Origin: Candidatus Levyibacteriota bacterium
Lineage (GTDB): Bacteria; Patescibacteriota; Microgenomatia; Levybacterales; UBA12049
Assembly: GCA_018061075.1 (NCBI GenBank)
Contig: JAGOUW010000001.1
Span: forward strand, 167,105 to 231,104
Direction: 5' to 3'
DNA: 64,000 nucleotides
Every line of letters starts with the position of its first letter. The stretch's first letter is position 1. A program made the translations under genes and the position numbers. Below the pieces are notes generated by a model. That model saw only the letters and a list, made by a program, of their open reading frames with translations. It was not told where the DNA came from and did no database searches. Positions 1-11,410 of this stretch are shown here, in pieces.

Positions 1-864
1 CCAATAGGTTGAATCTTTAAAGAATGGTTCTTTTAATCTTAAAACTAGATTGATTGCTCCCAGGCCTTTTAAATTTGCCATTTTATTTAAATAACTTTCT
101 GGGAGGTCAGCAATTTTTGAGAAAAAGAATGATGGGAGAGTAACAATAACCTTATCGAATTCAGATTTTTTACCATCTGATTTTATGATTACTTTCTTAT
201 TACTCTCAATTTTTTCTACTCCAGAATTAAATAATACTTTTCCTCCTTTTTTCTCAATGTCCTTGACTAGATGATTAGCAAAATCTAAAAAACCTCCTTC
301 CGGATATGCAAGCTTTGTTGTTCTTTTATGAACTCTTGCCCAAAACCACGCAAGTGAAATATCATTTTTATATTTTCCAAACTTACTAAGGAGTTGAGGT
401 TCCCAGATGAGTTCATAAGTTTTTTTACCCATCGTGGACTTCAGAAAAGGCTGCGCATTTATTTTTTCAAGAGGTTTCCAGATAGGATTATATTTAAAAA
501 ATAATCCTAGTACTGCTGCCATTCGTACCCTTTCAAGTATTGATAGTTTTGCAAATTTCAAGACTGCAATTGGTGAATCTAATTGATAAATTTTTCCATC
601 GTTTAAATAAACAGAGGTGATAGGTCTTTTAATAAGGACATCATGATTTATTTCTTTAGCTAAATCCAAAACGCTTTTGTCGTTTGTAAACCAGTGATGA
701 TAGTGCTTTTCAAGAGTCCAGTCCCATACTTTTTCTTTAAATCCCAAAGCGAGTCCGCCAGGGATTTCGTCTTTTTCAAAAACTGTAACCTCATGTCCCT
801 CTTTTAATAAATAGTATGCTGCTGAAAGTCCGGTGAATCCGGCGCCAATAATTCCAATTTTCAT
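1..864 (-). CDS. FAD/NAD(P)-binding oxidoreductase (amine-oxidase/phytoene-desaturase-like); C-terminus cut by window edge
   Basis: Absent from the ORF track because it is open at the window edge. My minus-strand translation from the ATG at 864..862 gives MKIGIIGAGFTGLSAAYYLLKEGHEVTVFEKDEIPGGLALGF, a GxGxxG dinucleotide-binding fold. ATGA stop/start overlap with ORF 861..1955. Confidence 0.6.
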   Translation of the reverse strand, partial: MKIGIIGAGFTGLSAAYYLLKEGHEVTVFEKDEIPGGLALGFKEKVWDWTLEKHYHHWFTNDKSVLDLAKEINHDVLIKRPITSVYLNDGKIYQLDSPIAVLKFAKLSILERVRMAAVLGLFFKYNPIWKPLEKINAQPFLKSTMGKKTYELIWEPQLLSKFGKYKNDISLAWFWARVHKRTTKLAYPEGGFLDFANHLVKDIEKKGGKVLFNSGVEKIESNKKVIIKSDGKKSEFDKVIVTLPSFFFSKIADLPESYLNKMANLKGLGAINLVLRLKEPFFKDSTYW

Positions 865-1955
865 ATAACGTTTTTTACCCGCGTGAAGAATAGTGTGATT
901 ATTCCTGAAATTGTGGCTATAAAACCAACAATACTAGCAATTATAACAGAAGGATTTCCCGTTGGTGGGAGAGTTGGAATAGGGCTTAATTGCGCGATAA
1001 CAGATGGGGTAGGGGTTTGGGGTAATATGCTTGGGGTCGGGATAGCGCTAGGACTTATTATTGCAGTAGTCGGCGAAGGGCTTAAGGTTGGGGTTGGGCT
1101 AGGTGTTGGTGTTTGGGAAATTATCTTATTTACCCCGCTCTGTTGGTTTAACTGGCCAAACTTTGGAAATGAACTTTCTTGATTGTTATTTTTTGTATTA
1201 TTTTCGTTTGTTTTTGAAAAATCATAATTTCCGGAAAGGGTAATTAATGGAACTGGATTAATTTCATTTGGTGTAACACTTATTGAGGAAGATAATCCTC
1301 CAGCAAAAATATCAATATTTATAATTGTATCTTCATTAATTTCTATATATTCATCTAAATTTAATCTTCTTAATGTATTAAGAGGAACAGTGTAGTTTCC
1401 GCGTTCTTTTAAAAGCGATGAAACTATTTCAGAATCACTTATTTTTACATAAACGATTCCATCGTTTGGACTTGTACCATCTGGGAGTGTCACCCTTCCG
1501 CTAATTGGCACTTGAGAAGAAGGGTTTTCTGAGATTTCTCCTTTTGTTGTGGCTTCAGATTTAAAACCAACATCTACATATTTTTTGCTTCCCGAGGTAA
1601 TACTATAATAGTATTTAGTATTAGGATTTAAATTTCTTACTGTAATAGAGTGAGAGTTATATTTATTAATTTGTTGAGAAACCTGGTCTCTGTCGTCTAG
1701 TGTTATCCCGTCTAAGCTGTTTGGATCAATACCGTAATTAACAGTACCAATAACCTTGTCATCTGTTAAATAAGAAATTGTAAACGAGCCTTCAGACACA
1801 TTAGTTATCTGTATATTTTTTGGATCCTGTCCAGGACCAGCTCTTATTTGAAAAATTGTATCTCCTCTTGCTAAAATTGTTGTTACAACAGTTCCAATCA
1901 AGATTAAAATAAGACCTATTAGAGTTGGAATTTTTTTACCCCATACATTGTTCAT
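861..1955 (-). CDS. Sortase-anchored surface protein (Fn3-like plus carboxypeptidase-regulatory-like domains, P/T/S linker, LPPTG sorting signal)
   Basis: N-terminal TM/signal anchor. Fn3-like ITNVSEGSFTISY...HSITVRNLNPNTKYYYSI. ISGRVTLPDGTSPNDGIVYV resembles CarboxypepD_reg. PTPSPTPT linker. LPPTG (nt 957..971), then a hydrophobic stretch and an RVK tail. Confidence 0.65.
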   Translation of the reverse strand: MNNVWGKKIPTLIGLILILIGTVVTTILARGDTIFQIRAGPGQDPKNIQITNVSEGSFTISYLTDDKVIGTVNYGIDPNSLDGITLDDRDQVSQQINKYNSHSITVRNLNPNTKYYYSITSGSKKYVDVGFKSEATTKGEISENPSSQVPISGRVTLPDGTSPNDGIVYVKISDSEIVSSLLKERGNYTVPLNTLRRLNLDEYIEINEDTIINIDIFAGGLSSSISVTPNEINPVPLITLSGNYDFSKTNENNTKNNNQESSFPKFGQLNQQSGVNKIISQTPTPSPTPTLSPSPTTAIISPSAIPTPSILPQTPTPSVIAQLSPIPTLPPTGNPSVIIASIVGFIATISGIITLFFTRVKNVI

Positions 1956-1957
1956 AG

Positions 1958-2275
1958 TTAATTCTGGGAATTATTTTGGTTGGCGTCAGCGGCTGATTCG
2001 CTTGCTGTTTCTGTTGGAGTTATCGATACAGAAGGCGTTGGTGAAATATCATCCTCTTCTGCAGTTGGAGCGACAAATAAAGGCTCAGTTCTTTTTCTGT
2101 TTTTAATACTTTCAAGAGAGGTCTTATTAAATTTTCCATCAATTGGGATAATTTGAACCGTCAGAGGATCTGTAATAGTTGTAGTAACGTGGTTATGATA
2201 AATGTTAAATATAACCCAAAGGATGGTTACTAAAAACATGGGTATCAAAAGTGTAAGTAAATCTTTTTGTTTCAT
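1958..2275 (-). CDS. Small membrane-anchored protein, unknown function
   Basis: 105 aa with one N-terminal TM helix and an acidic/ST-rich tail. Tightly packed between the PilO-like and surface-protein genes. Confidence 0.4.
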   Translation of the reverse strand: MKQKDLLTLLIPMFLVTILWVIFNIYHNHVTTTITDPLTVQIIPIDGKFNKTSLESIKNRKRTEPLFVAPTAEEDDISPTPSVSITPTETASESAADANQNNSQN

Positions 2276-2874
2276 TGTTTTTTATAATAAGCTGAGCCTT
2301 TTAAATCTAGTTGTAGGGTTTCGGAGTCAGCGTTTTTTGTTAATGAAATGGTTTCCAGGGAAACAATTCTTTGCATAAGAATCAATTCAGATATGAAAGC
2401 ATTAAGACTTTCGTAAGTTGAAGTTCCAGTTAGTTCAAAACTAAATTTAGAACTGGTTGAAGCTCCTTCTTCTGTTAACCCAACTTCAGATATATCCAGT
2501 TTTTCTATCGCAACATTTGAAGACTGAGCTATTGTTTGGATTTGTCCGATTAATGTTGGGGCTTGAGGTTGTTCAGGGATGGCGTCAAGTACGAGGGGGA
2601 GGTCTTTTTGGATCACGGAATACTCCGTTATAAGGTTAGATAAATTTATAACTTTATTTTTGAGAGCTGAGTGTACGATTCTGCTATCTTCAACTTCTTT
2701 TCTAAGTTTAACAATTGTTGAAAGTGTAGGATTAATTGCAAAAAGTGCAAAGCATATGGTTGCTCCTAGTGTTAGGATAGCCATAAAATACTCCTGATTT
2801 TTTTGTTTTTTTAAGTAAGGGAGAATATCCTTATAGTATTTTTCGTATTTTATGCCTTTAAATACTTTTTTCAT
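2272..2874 (-). CDS. PilO-like type IV pilus assembly protein
   Basis: 200 aa. Basic N-terminus, single TM (AILTLGATICFALFAI), coiled-coil segment, then a C-terminal alpha/beta domain. This is PilO-like architecture, and the gene overlaps the upstream PilN-like gene by 4 nt. Confidence 0.45.
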   Translation of the reverse strand: MKKVFKGIKYEKYYKDILPYLKKQKNQEYFMAILTLGATICFALFAINPTLSTIVKLRKEVEDSRIVHSALKNKVINLSNLITEYSVIQKDLPLVLDAIPEQPQAPTLIGQIQTIAQSSNVAIEKLDISEVGLTEEGASTSSKFSFELTGTSTYESLNAFISELILMQRIVSLETISLTKNADSETLQLDLKGSAYYKKQ

Positions 2875-3413
2875 TGAGCAGGTGCCCCTTTCAACTTAAT
2901 AGTTATTAAAACATTCACTGAATTTGTTAATGATTGGTTGTCAATTCTGTCAATTGTTACAGAGCTAGTTTCAGGATAGTCTCTAATAATTGCGAGAAAA
3001 TTTGTAAGAGATGAAATTGACTGAATATTTGAATCTATCGAAACTTTATTTTCGCCAATTTCAAACGAGTTAAATGTAATTTCTGAAGGTGTGGCTTCGA
3101 TTAAATCATTTAGTATTTTTACATTCTTATTCCCATTAGTTGAAAGTTCTGCTGCGTCATTAAGTCTTCCTTGTAGATTTCGAAAAGTTAATTCTCTGTC
3201 TTTAAGACTTTCTACAATTACTTGCTCTTGTTTTATATCATCGTGAAGATCGATAAGGGTTCTATCGAGAGTGAATCTGTATATAAAAGTCGAGAATGCC
3301 ACGATCTCAGTTAGAATTATGAGAAGTCTACCTACGCTTAAAGCCCATCTCAAAATATCGTCAATTATATTTGATTTACTCTTGATTAAATTAATAGAGG
3401 CAGAAGATTGCAT
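2871..3413 (-). CDS. PilN-like type IV pilus assembly protein
   Basis: 180 aa. N-terminal INLIK motif resembles the PilN INLLP motif, followed by a single TM and a coiled coil. Adjacent to the PilO-like gene. Confidence 0.4.
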   Translation of the reverse strand: MQSSASINLIKSKSNIIDDILRWALSVGRLLIILTEIVAFSTFIYRFTLDRTLIDLHDDIKQEQVIVESLKDRELTFRNLQGRLNDAAELSTNGNKNVKILNDLIEATPSEITFNSFEIGENKVSIDSNIQSISSLTNFLAIIRDYPETSSVTIDRIDNQSLTNSVNVLITIKLKGAPAQ

Positions 3414-3472
3414 GCCATTTTAAGTCTATGGGTTTTTTGGTATTTTGTAAAGTAAAACGAGGTTAATTAAAG

Positions 3473-3748
3473 CTATTTTTTCTTTTTTACCGGAGCTGGT
3501 TTAGAAGGAGTTTTTGAGCCTGATAATTTAGCTAATCTAGATTTAAGTCTAGCAGCTTTGTTTTTGTGAATTACATTTTTCTTTGCAGCCTTATCTAAGA
3601 CCTTTGCGGCTTCTGCTAATTTTTTTGCTGTAGGACTTGTTCTTGTGTCTTTAAGAGTTTTTTTGAATTTTGATTTTAAATCTCTATTCTTTATTTCTCT
3701 TTTTAAGTCCTGTCTAAGTTTTTTTCTGGCCTGTTTTGTTACTGGCAT
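3473..3748 (-). CDS. rpsT: 30S ribosomal protein S20
   Basis: 91 aa, very basic: MPVTKQARKKLRQD...NVIHKNKAARLKSRLAKL. Typical S20. Confidence 0.9.
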   Translation of the reverse strand: MPVTKQARKKLRQDLKREIKNRDLKSKFKKTLKDTRTSPTAKKLAEAAKVLDKAAKKNVIHKNKAARLKSRLAKLSGSKTPSKPAPVKKKK

Positions 3749-3754
3749 GCACGC

Positions 3755-3783
3755 ATTTTAGCATGATATACTGATATTCGCAA
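3755..3783 (-). promoter_or_regulatory. Putative sigma70-type promoter of rpsT (leaderless geometry)
   Basis: On the minus strand: TTGCGA (3783..3778), 17 nt, TAAAAT (3760..3755), then only 6 nt (gcgtgc) before the ATG at 3748. No Shine-Dalgarno sequence is possible. Confidence 0.35.
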
Positions 3784-3800
3784 GCTAATTTGCTCTTTTT

Positions 3801-5513
3801 ATGCCTTTACGTTTTTTCCAAAAAGGTCTTTCTCTTCTTTTAAAAAAGCAGACAAACATTCTTTCCGCCGCTTTAGTTTTGATGGCGACTGTAATTCTTT
3901 CCCAGGTCTTAGGGCTTTTTCGACAGCGTTTACTAGCTGGAATTTTCGGTGCATCGGATACATTAGGAGTCTATTTAGTCTCTTCTAAGCTTCCTGATTT
4001 TTTGTTCCAGCTCATAATTGCAGGCGCACTTTCATCAGCTTTTATTCCTGTTTTTGCAGATCTTCTCCATAAAGGAAGGGAAACGGAAGCAAATAAAATG
4101 GCGTCTACTTTAATGGTCATGGGTTTTGCTTTTTTTGGTTTGGTTTCAATAATTTTATTTATTTTTGCTCCAATTTTCCTTCAGCTTTTTAATTTAGGAT
4201 CTGGATATCCACCGCATCAAATGGATCTAATGACAAATCTTATGAGAATAATTATTTTTGGTCAAATAATTTTCCTCGTTGCAACTTTTTTTTCTGCAAT
4301 TCTTCAATCTCACAATCATTTTTTTATTCCAGGAATCGCAGCTGCTCTTTATAACTTTGGAATAATTATTGGAATTTTATTATTCTCAGATAGAATTGGT
4401 ATTTATGCTCCAGCAGTTGGTGTAATAATTGGAGCTCTTTGTTATGCGCTATTTCAAATACCTCTAATTAGACGAGTGCATTTTTCTTTTAGACCTACAT
4501 TTTCATTTGACACAGCCGGAGTAAAAGACGTTTTAAAACTTATCTGGCCGAGAAGTTTATCATTATTTATTTTTCAAATTGGAACATTAATAACTGTTTC
4601 TTTAATCTCTTTTCTCCCATCAGCAGGGAGAAATTATGTTATTTTAGATTTTGCGCAGACTTTAGCATTTGCCCCGATTGTTTTGTTTGGTCAGTCAATC
4701 GCCCAAGCAGCTTTTCCAGTTTTGTCCCGCGAAAAAGATAGACTGGATATTTTTAGAACCACATTCTTAACGAGTTTTAATCAAATGCTTTATTTAGTTC
4801 TTCCCGTATCGGTACTATTTATAGTGCTACGTATTCCAATTGTCAGACTTATATTCGGAGCTGCAAGATTTGACTGGGAAGCAACAGTCTTAACTGGAAG
4901 AACTTTAGCATTTTTCGCATTCGCAATTTTTGCTCAGGCTTTAATTTATTTAGTGTCTCGTGCTTTTTACGCACTTCATGATACGAAAAGCCCACTTATA
5001 GTTGGAGCAATTTCTACCGTAATAATGCTTATCTTAAGCTTCTTTTTCGTAACTTATTGGAATACTAATTTAGTAAGTCTTGCTGAATCTTATGGAAGAT
5101 TTAAAATTATACCTTTTGGCGTAGAGGGAATTGCATTAGCAACTTCTATTGGGGGACTTATAAATCTTTCTATACTTCTTTTCTTGTTAAATAGAAGAAT
5201 AAAAATTTTTAATTTAAAGGATTTTTGGGTTCCACAGTTAAAAATATTTTTATCAGTGATATTTATGGGTTTTGCATTATATATTCCAATAAAACTTTTA
5301 GACCAATTAGTTTTCGATACCACGAAAACTGTAAATTTGATTGCTCTAACCGGAATTTCAAGTATTGCTGGTCTTTCAATTTACCTATTCTTAACATGGC
5401 TTCTAAATGTAAAAGAAGCAGAAACATTTTTATATATGTTCAGGCGTTTAAGTGGATATAAAGAATTAGTAGATAAAAGTGAAAAAATTATCGACGTGAA
5501 GGCTAGTCAATAA
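3801..5513 (+). CDS. murJ: Lipid II flippase MurJ/MviN
   Basis: 570 aa polytopic membrane protein. N-terminus ...SAALVLMATVILSQVLGLFRQRLLAGIFGASDTLGVY is typical of the MurJ family. Confidence 0.85.
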   Translation: MPLRFFQKGLSLLLKKQTNILSAALVLMATVILSQVLGLFRQRLLAGIFGASDTLGVYLVSSKLPDFLFQLIIAGALSSAFIPVFADLLHKGRETEANKMASTLMVMGFAFFGLVSIILFIFAPIFLQLFNLGSGYPPHQMDLMTNLMRIIIFGQIIFLVATFFSAILQSHNHFFIPGIAAALYNFGIIIGILLFSDRIGIYAPAVGVIIGALCYALFQIPLIRRVHFSFRPTFSFDTAGVKDVLKLIWPRSLSLFIFQIGTLITVSLISFLPSAGRNYVILDFAQTLAFAPIVLFGQSIAQAAFPVLSREKDRLDIFRTTFLTSFNQMLYLVLPVSVLFIVLRIPIVRLIFGAARFDWEATVLTGRTLAFFAFAIFAQALIYLVSRAFYALHDTKSPLIVGAISTVIMLILSFFFVTYWNTNLVSLAESYGRFKIIPFGVEGIALATSIGGLINLSILLFLLNRRIKIFNLKDFWVPQLKIFLSVIFMGFALYIPIKLLDQLVFDTTKTVNLIALTGISSIAGLSIYLFLTWLLNVKEAETFLYMFRRLSGYKELVDKSEKIIDVKASQ

Positions 5514-5550
5514 TTGCTTTTAATCTTCAGGCAAATTATACTTGCAGCTT

Positions 5551-7287
5551 ATGAATTCAAATATTAGAAATTTCGCAATTATCGCTCATGTCGATCATGG
5601 TAAATCGACCCTTGCTGATAGATTTCTAGAGTTAACAAAAACTATGACTCTAAGTAAAATCGGCGAGCAGTATCTTGATACAAATCCAATTGAGAAAGCC
5701 CGTGGCATAACTATAAAACTGGCGCCAGTTAGGATGAATTATCGTTTTAACGATAAAGAATACGTATTGAACTTAATAGATACTCCGGGTCACGTAGATT
5801 TTTCTTATGAAGTTAGTCGCACTCTTGCAGCATGTGAAGGAGCAATTCTACTCGTTGACGCGACTCAGGGAGTTCAGGCGCAGACTGTCGCGCATTTTTT
5901 CGCGGCACAAAAAGAGGGCCTAACGATAATCCCTGTTATTAATAAAATAGATCTTCAGAGTTCAAAAACAGAAGAAGTTGTAAAAGAGCTTGAGGAAATT
6001 TTTGGAATAAAAAAAGAAGAGATTATTTATATTTCTGCAAAGACTGGTCAAAATGTTCCAGAACTTTTAAAAGCGGTTGTTGAAAAAATTCCACCACCCA
6101 AGGGTTTAACTGACTCTCCGCTTAGAGCTTTGATATTTGATGCTTTATATGATGAGCACAGAGGAGTTATTGTTTACGTTAGAGTTGTGGACGGTACGCT
6201 TCCAAAAAATGGAAAAATAACTTTTTTCCAAAGTGAAAAAACTACAAATGCAGGGGAAATTGGATGTTTTACTCCTCTTATGACTCCGCGAAATGAATTA
6301 ATTGCAGGGGAGATTGGATACATAGTGACTGGGATTAAAGATATTCATGAGACTCAAGTTGGAGATACGATTTGTCTAGTTTCTTCTGGAGTGGATCCGC
6401 TTCCTGGATATAAAAAACCTCAACCAATGGTTTTCTTTGGAGTTTATCCAAAGACAACTGATGAATTAGTAAATTTAAAAGAAGGTTTAAATAAATATGC
6501 GCTTAATGATACGTCTATTACGATTGCCACTGAATATTCCTCTTTCCTTGGAAATGGATTTCGCGTAGGATTTTTAGGACTACTTCACGCAGACATTGTC
6601 CGCCAAAGATTAAGGGAAGAAGAAAATGTGGATTTATTTTTGACTTCTCCTCAAGTGCTTTATGAAAAAAAAGAAAACGGAGATATGCTCGAGCCTTATA
6701 TGAACTTAACCATCTTCGTTCCTTCCAGTTATGTGGGGGGTGTGATTTCAATTTGCCAACAAAGAAAAGGAAATATGCTTGATGTTAGTTATTTTCAAAG
6801 TAGTGCAATTCTAAAATATGACATGCCGTATTCTATGCTCGTCCGTGGTTTGTCATCTGATCTAAAGTCCACAACATCTGGATATGCCAGTATAGATTAT
6901 GAAATTTCAGATTATAGACCCGCGGATTTAGTAAATATAGAAATAAGAATTAATGATGTTCCAGTAGATGTTTTAAGTGAATATGCATATAGAGATGAAG
7001 CGCCTTATATCGCTCGCGAAAAAGCAGAAAAACTAAAAGAAAAACTCCCTCGTCAGCAGTTTAGGCAAGTCATCCAAGCTATAATTGGCGGAAATATAAT
7101 TGCCCGTGAGGAAATTTCTGCTTACAAGAAAGATGTTTTGATGCATGGTAGTAAGGTAGTTGGTGGAGGAGATGTTACTCGAAAGAAAATGCTTTTGGAA
7201 AAACAGAAAAAAGGAAAAGAAAGAATGACTGAAACCGGAAAAGTCACCATCCCCCAAGAAGTCCTCTTTAGTTTAATAGAGAAATAG
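5551..7287 (+). CDS. lepA: Translation elongation factor 4 (LepA)
   Basis: IRNFAIIAHVDHGKSTLADRFLE, DTPGHVDF and NKID G-motifs, plus a LepA C-terminal region. The track starts at TTG 5542; the ATG at 5551 is preferred. Confidence 0.95.
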   Translation: MNSNIRNFAIIAHVDHGKSTLADRFLELTKTMTLSKIGEQYLDTNPIEKARGITIKLAPVRMNYRFNDKEYVLNLIDTPGHVDFSYEVSRTLAACEGAILLVDATQGVQAQTVAHFFAAQKEGLTIIPVINKIDLQSSKTEEVVKELEEIFGIKKEEIIYISAKTGQNVPELLKAVVEKIPPPKGLTDSPLRALIFDALYDEHRGVIVYVRVVDGTLPKNGKITFFQSEKTTNAGEIGCFTPLMTPRNELIAGEIGYIVTGIKDIHETQVGDTICLVSSGVDPLPGYKKPQPMVFFGVYPKTTDELVNLKEGLNKYALNDTSITIATEYSSFLGNGFRVGFLGLLHADIVRQRLREEENVDLFLTSPQVLYEKKENGDMLEPYMNLTIFVPSSYVGGVISICQQRKGNMLDVSYFQSSAILKYDMPYSMLVRGLSSDLKSTTSGYASIDYEISDYRPADLVNIEIRINDVPVDVLSEYAYRDEAPYIAREKAEKLKEKLPRQQFRQVIQAIIGGNIIAREEISAYKKDVLMHGSKVVGGGDVTRKKMLLEKQKKGKERMTETGKVTIPQEVLFSLIEK

Positions 7288-7345
7288 TTTATTTTCCCTT
7301 TCACCAGTTTTGTCTTGAAGTCAACGAATTATTGCAAAGGCTAAT

Positions 7346-8041
7346 TTAGTGCTCTACATGATCGCCGGATGGAATGTGGCCTGATGTAAAAAACCTATCA
7401 ATTATATTTCCTCGATTTGGTTTTGGATAACGATCTGGATCATATCTTGGAATAGGGGGAGGATGAATCGCTCTGGTCGGATTTAGAAATGCACTGACAA
7501 TCGCATCTTGAACTAGCTCTGGTTCTTCATGCCAAGCTTCACCTCGAATAAATCTATTGCCAACAATGACTGATCCATCAGATCCTTGAGTGTGCGCAGT
7601 TATTTCATAGCAACCTGTTTCTGTAGGTAGATCGGCTGTTTGCGTTCTAAAAAAATGTAGGATTGCAGACGTGTCATGAGTAGAATGGTTAATTCTCAAG
7701 CTAGCAAAATCTTTCTCAGTTAGACCATCTTTTATATCTTGTAGTCCTTGAATGACTCCACTTTCCTGAAGAATTTGTAATTCTTTTACTCTTTTTTCTT
7801 GCGCCTCTTTTTCCTTGATCCTTTGTGCTTCAAGTTCTCTTTGTTGTTCAGCTTGAACTGCTTGCTGTCTAGCAAGCTCTTGTGCTCTTATTGAATCTAA
7901 GTGTTCTGCCTGCGCACTGTTTATGCGTCCCCAAATCTCTGATGTTTGTCTATGTCTATTATCTTGAGCAGTAGACTCTTGAGTTCCTGTTGTGTCTTGC
8001 TTGTTTTTTCGTGGTCTAAATCTTTCTAAAAAACTTGACAT
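7346..8041 (-). CDS. Hypothetical protein (Q/E/R-rich coiled-coil N-half, globular C-half)
   Basis: 231 aa ORF with no recognisable family. It looks G+C-richer than its neighbours. TATAAT lies on the minus strand at 8056..8051, 9 nt from the ATG. Confidence 0.5.
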   Translation of the reverse strand: MSSFLERFRPRKNKQDTTGTQESTAQDNRHRQTSEIWGRINSAQAEHLDSIRAQELARQQAVQAEQQRELEAQRIKEKEAQEKRVKELQILQESGVIQGLQDIKDGLTEKDFASLRINHSTHDTSAILHFFRTQTADLPTETGCYEITAHTQGSDGSVIVGNRFIRGEAWHEEPELVQDAIVSAFLNPTRAIHPPPIPRYDPDRYPKPNRGNIIDRFFTSGHIPSGDHVEH

Positions 8042-8145
8042 ATGCCCTATATTATACAGCTACAATGCAAATCAGAGAGGTATAAATAGAAAAAAACAGA
8101 TATCGACAATTCTTTTTATGGAATTCGCTGTATGACTATAAAGCC

Positions 8146-9336
8146 TTATAGGGCGAAGAAGAGGAGAGCTCCTACTATGAATAGTAGTCCGCCGATTGCA
8201 CCGATTCCGAATAAAGTTTGCGTAGGTCCAGTTGGAGCAATTGTCGCATCGCCACTGTCTACTGTCGTTACTGTTCCGTCTCCATCAGAGACTGTAACTG
8301 TTACTGCGCAAGACGAACTATCGCTACTTACATCTCCGCTGTCATCAGTCATAAGAGCTGAAGCTGTAAAGCTATTTGCATTATTATATGTGAATGATTT
8401 TTGGACATTTACTGTGTCGGTACCAATTCCACCACCCGTAGTTACATCCTCAACTGTTCCATCACCGAAGCTAAATGTGACCTTACTTATGGTTCCATCT
8501 GTATCAGATCCAGTTGCGGTAAATGTAATAGAGAGAGGCGCTGTTCCATCTGGGCTTCTATCTGTTATTAGGCTTTCGCAGACTGGAGCTTGGTTGGTGG
8601 AAGGAGCTGCACCCTCTCCCGAAGTTGTTGAAGTTGGGGTTGGCGTTAAGGTAGGTGTGGCAGCTGAAGTGATGGTTGGTGTTAGAGCGCCCGTAATTGT
8701 TGGGGTTAAGGTCGCATTTGGATCTGGGGTTACGTCTGGATCCCCTTGAATAGTAAGCGTAGCTGGAGTTCCGTTAAGGAATACATTTTCATTAAATGCA
8801 TCTTGGTTAGCTCCATTAATTGAGCGAATTTGAACTTGCTGATCATCAAATGAGATTTCAGTTGGGGGATCTGCTACGTCTAGCGTATCGAAGCTAATAG
8901 TTCCAATTTTAACGTCAGCTCTAATTACTTTTGTTGGGTCATTTTCTACTGAGAGAATAACTGACATGCTGTCTCCTTCATCTCCAATTATTGGCCCTTC
9001 GAGAATCGACAGATTTGAAGCTGGATTTAGCTTAAAATATTCTGTTTCTGTAGAAAGTTTTGTAGCATCAAATTTAATAACAAGCTTTACGAAGTTAACC
9101 TGGTTATTTCCAGGAGAGATCCAGATATCAAAATCTATTTTTTCTCCAACTGCTGCTGTTTTATCAGGAGGTACAAAAGAAAGAGTGGTATTAGGATTAG
9201 CTTGGCTTTGGAGATTTTGTTGTTGCTGAACTAAAAATACTGTGACTGGGATTACTAAAAGAATCACCAGTAAAAATCCTAATAAAAGGAGTTTCTTTTT
9301 TGAAAATGTTGGTTTACTAAGACCTATACTTGGCAA
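8146..9336 (-). CDS. Surface protein with cohesin-like and PKD-like domains and a C-terminal IAPTG sorting-like signal
   Basis: Signal anchor. Cohesin-like IDFDIWISPGNNQVNFVKLVIKFD. T/P linker. PKD-like ITFTATGSDTDGTISKVTFSFGDGT. IAPTG (nt 8227..8241) followed by a hydrophobic C-terminus. Apparent TTG start. Confidence 0.6.
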   Translation of the reverse strand: MPSIGLSKPTFSKKKLLLLGFLLVILLVIPVTVFLVQQQQNLQSQANPNTTLSFVPPDKTAAVGEKIDFDIWISPGNNQVNFVKLVIKFDATKLSTETEYFKLNPASNLSILEGPIIGDEGDSMSVILSVENDPTKVIRADVKIGTISFDTLDVADPPTEISFDDQQVQIRSINGANQDAFNENVFLNGTPATLTIQGDPDVTPDPNATLTPTITGALTPTITSAATPTLTPTPTSTTSGEGAAPSTNQAPVCESLITDRSPDGTAPLSITFTATGSDTDGTISKVTFSFGDGTVEDVTTGGGIGTDTVNVQKSFTYNNANSFTASALMTDDSGDVSSDSSSCAVTVTVSDGDGTVTTVDSGDATIAPTGPTQTLFGIGAIGGLLFIVGALLFFAL

Positions 9337-9426
9337 GGTAACTTAATCGTATATCAAGAATGAATTATGTGTCAACCCTACGTGCCTCAGGGTAAACCCC
9401 GATAGCCTCAGAAAAGATCTAGACTC

Positions 9427-9455
9427 TTGACGTTTTAGGTTTGGTTTTGTAAAAT
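9427..9455 (+). promoter_or_regulatory. Putative sigma70 promoter of groES-groEL
   Basis: TTGACG (9427..9432), 17 nt, TAAAAT (9450..9455), about 25 nt upstream of groES. No CIRCE-like TTAGCA...TGCTAA in this region. Confidence 0.5.
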
Positions 9456-9479
9456 GGCAGACTATACCACAGAGTGATT

Positions 9480-11409
<1,930 letters not shown>

Positions 11410-11410
11410 A

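Noticed and set aside
5542-5550. TTG start for lepA and similar track-extended starts (groEL 9775, pyrF 13143, tatD 20210, LOG 33139, YtxH 59134, GT2 46143)
   Set aside because: In each case, downstream ATG codons align with the conserved N-termini of the respective families. The extensions add non-conserved residues or run into promoters.
8132-8749. 205-aa plus-strand ORF (P/V/S/T-rich) opposite the cohesin/PKD surface-protein gene
   Set aside because: It is a shadow ORF. It mirrors the low-complexity T/P/G-rich coding of the minus-strand gene, which has a signal anchor, recognisable domains and a sorting motif. The plus-strand product has no features of its own.
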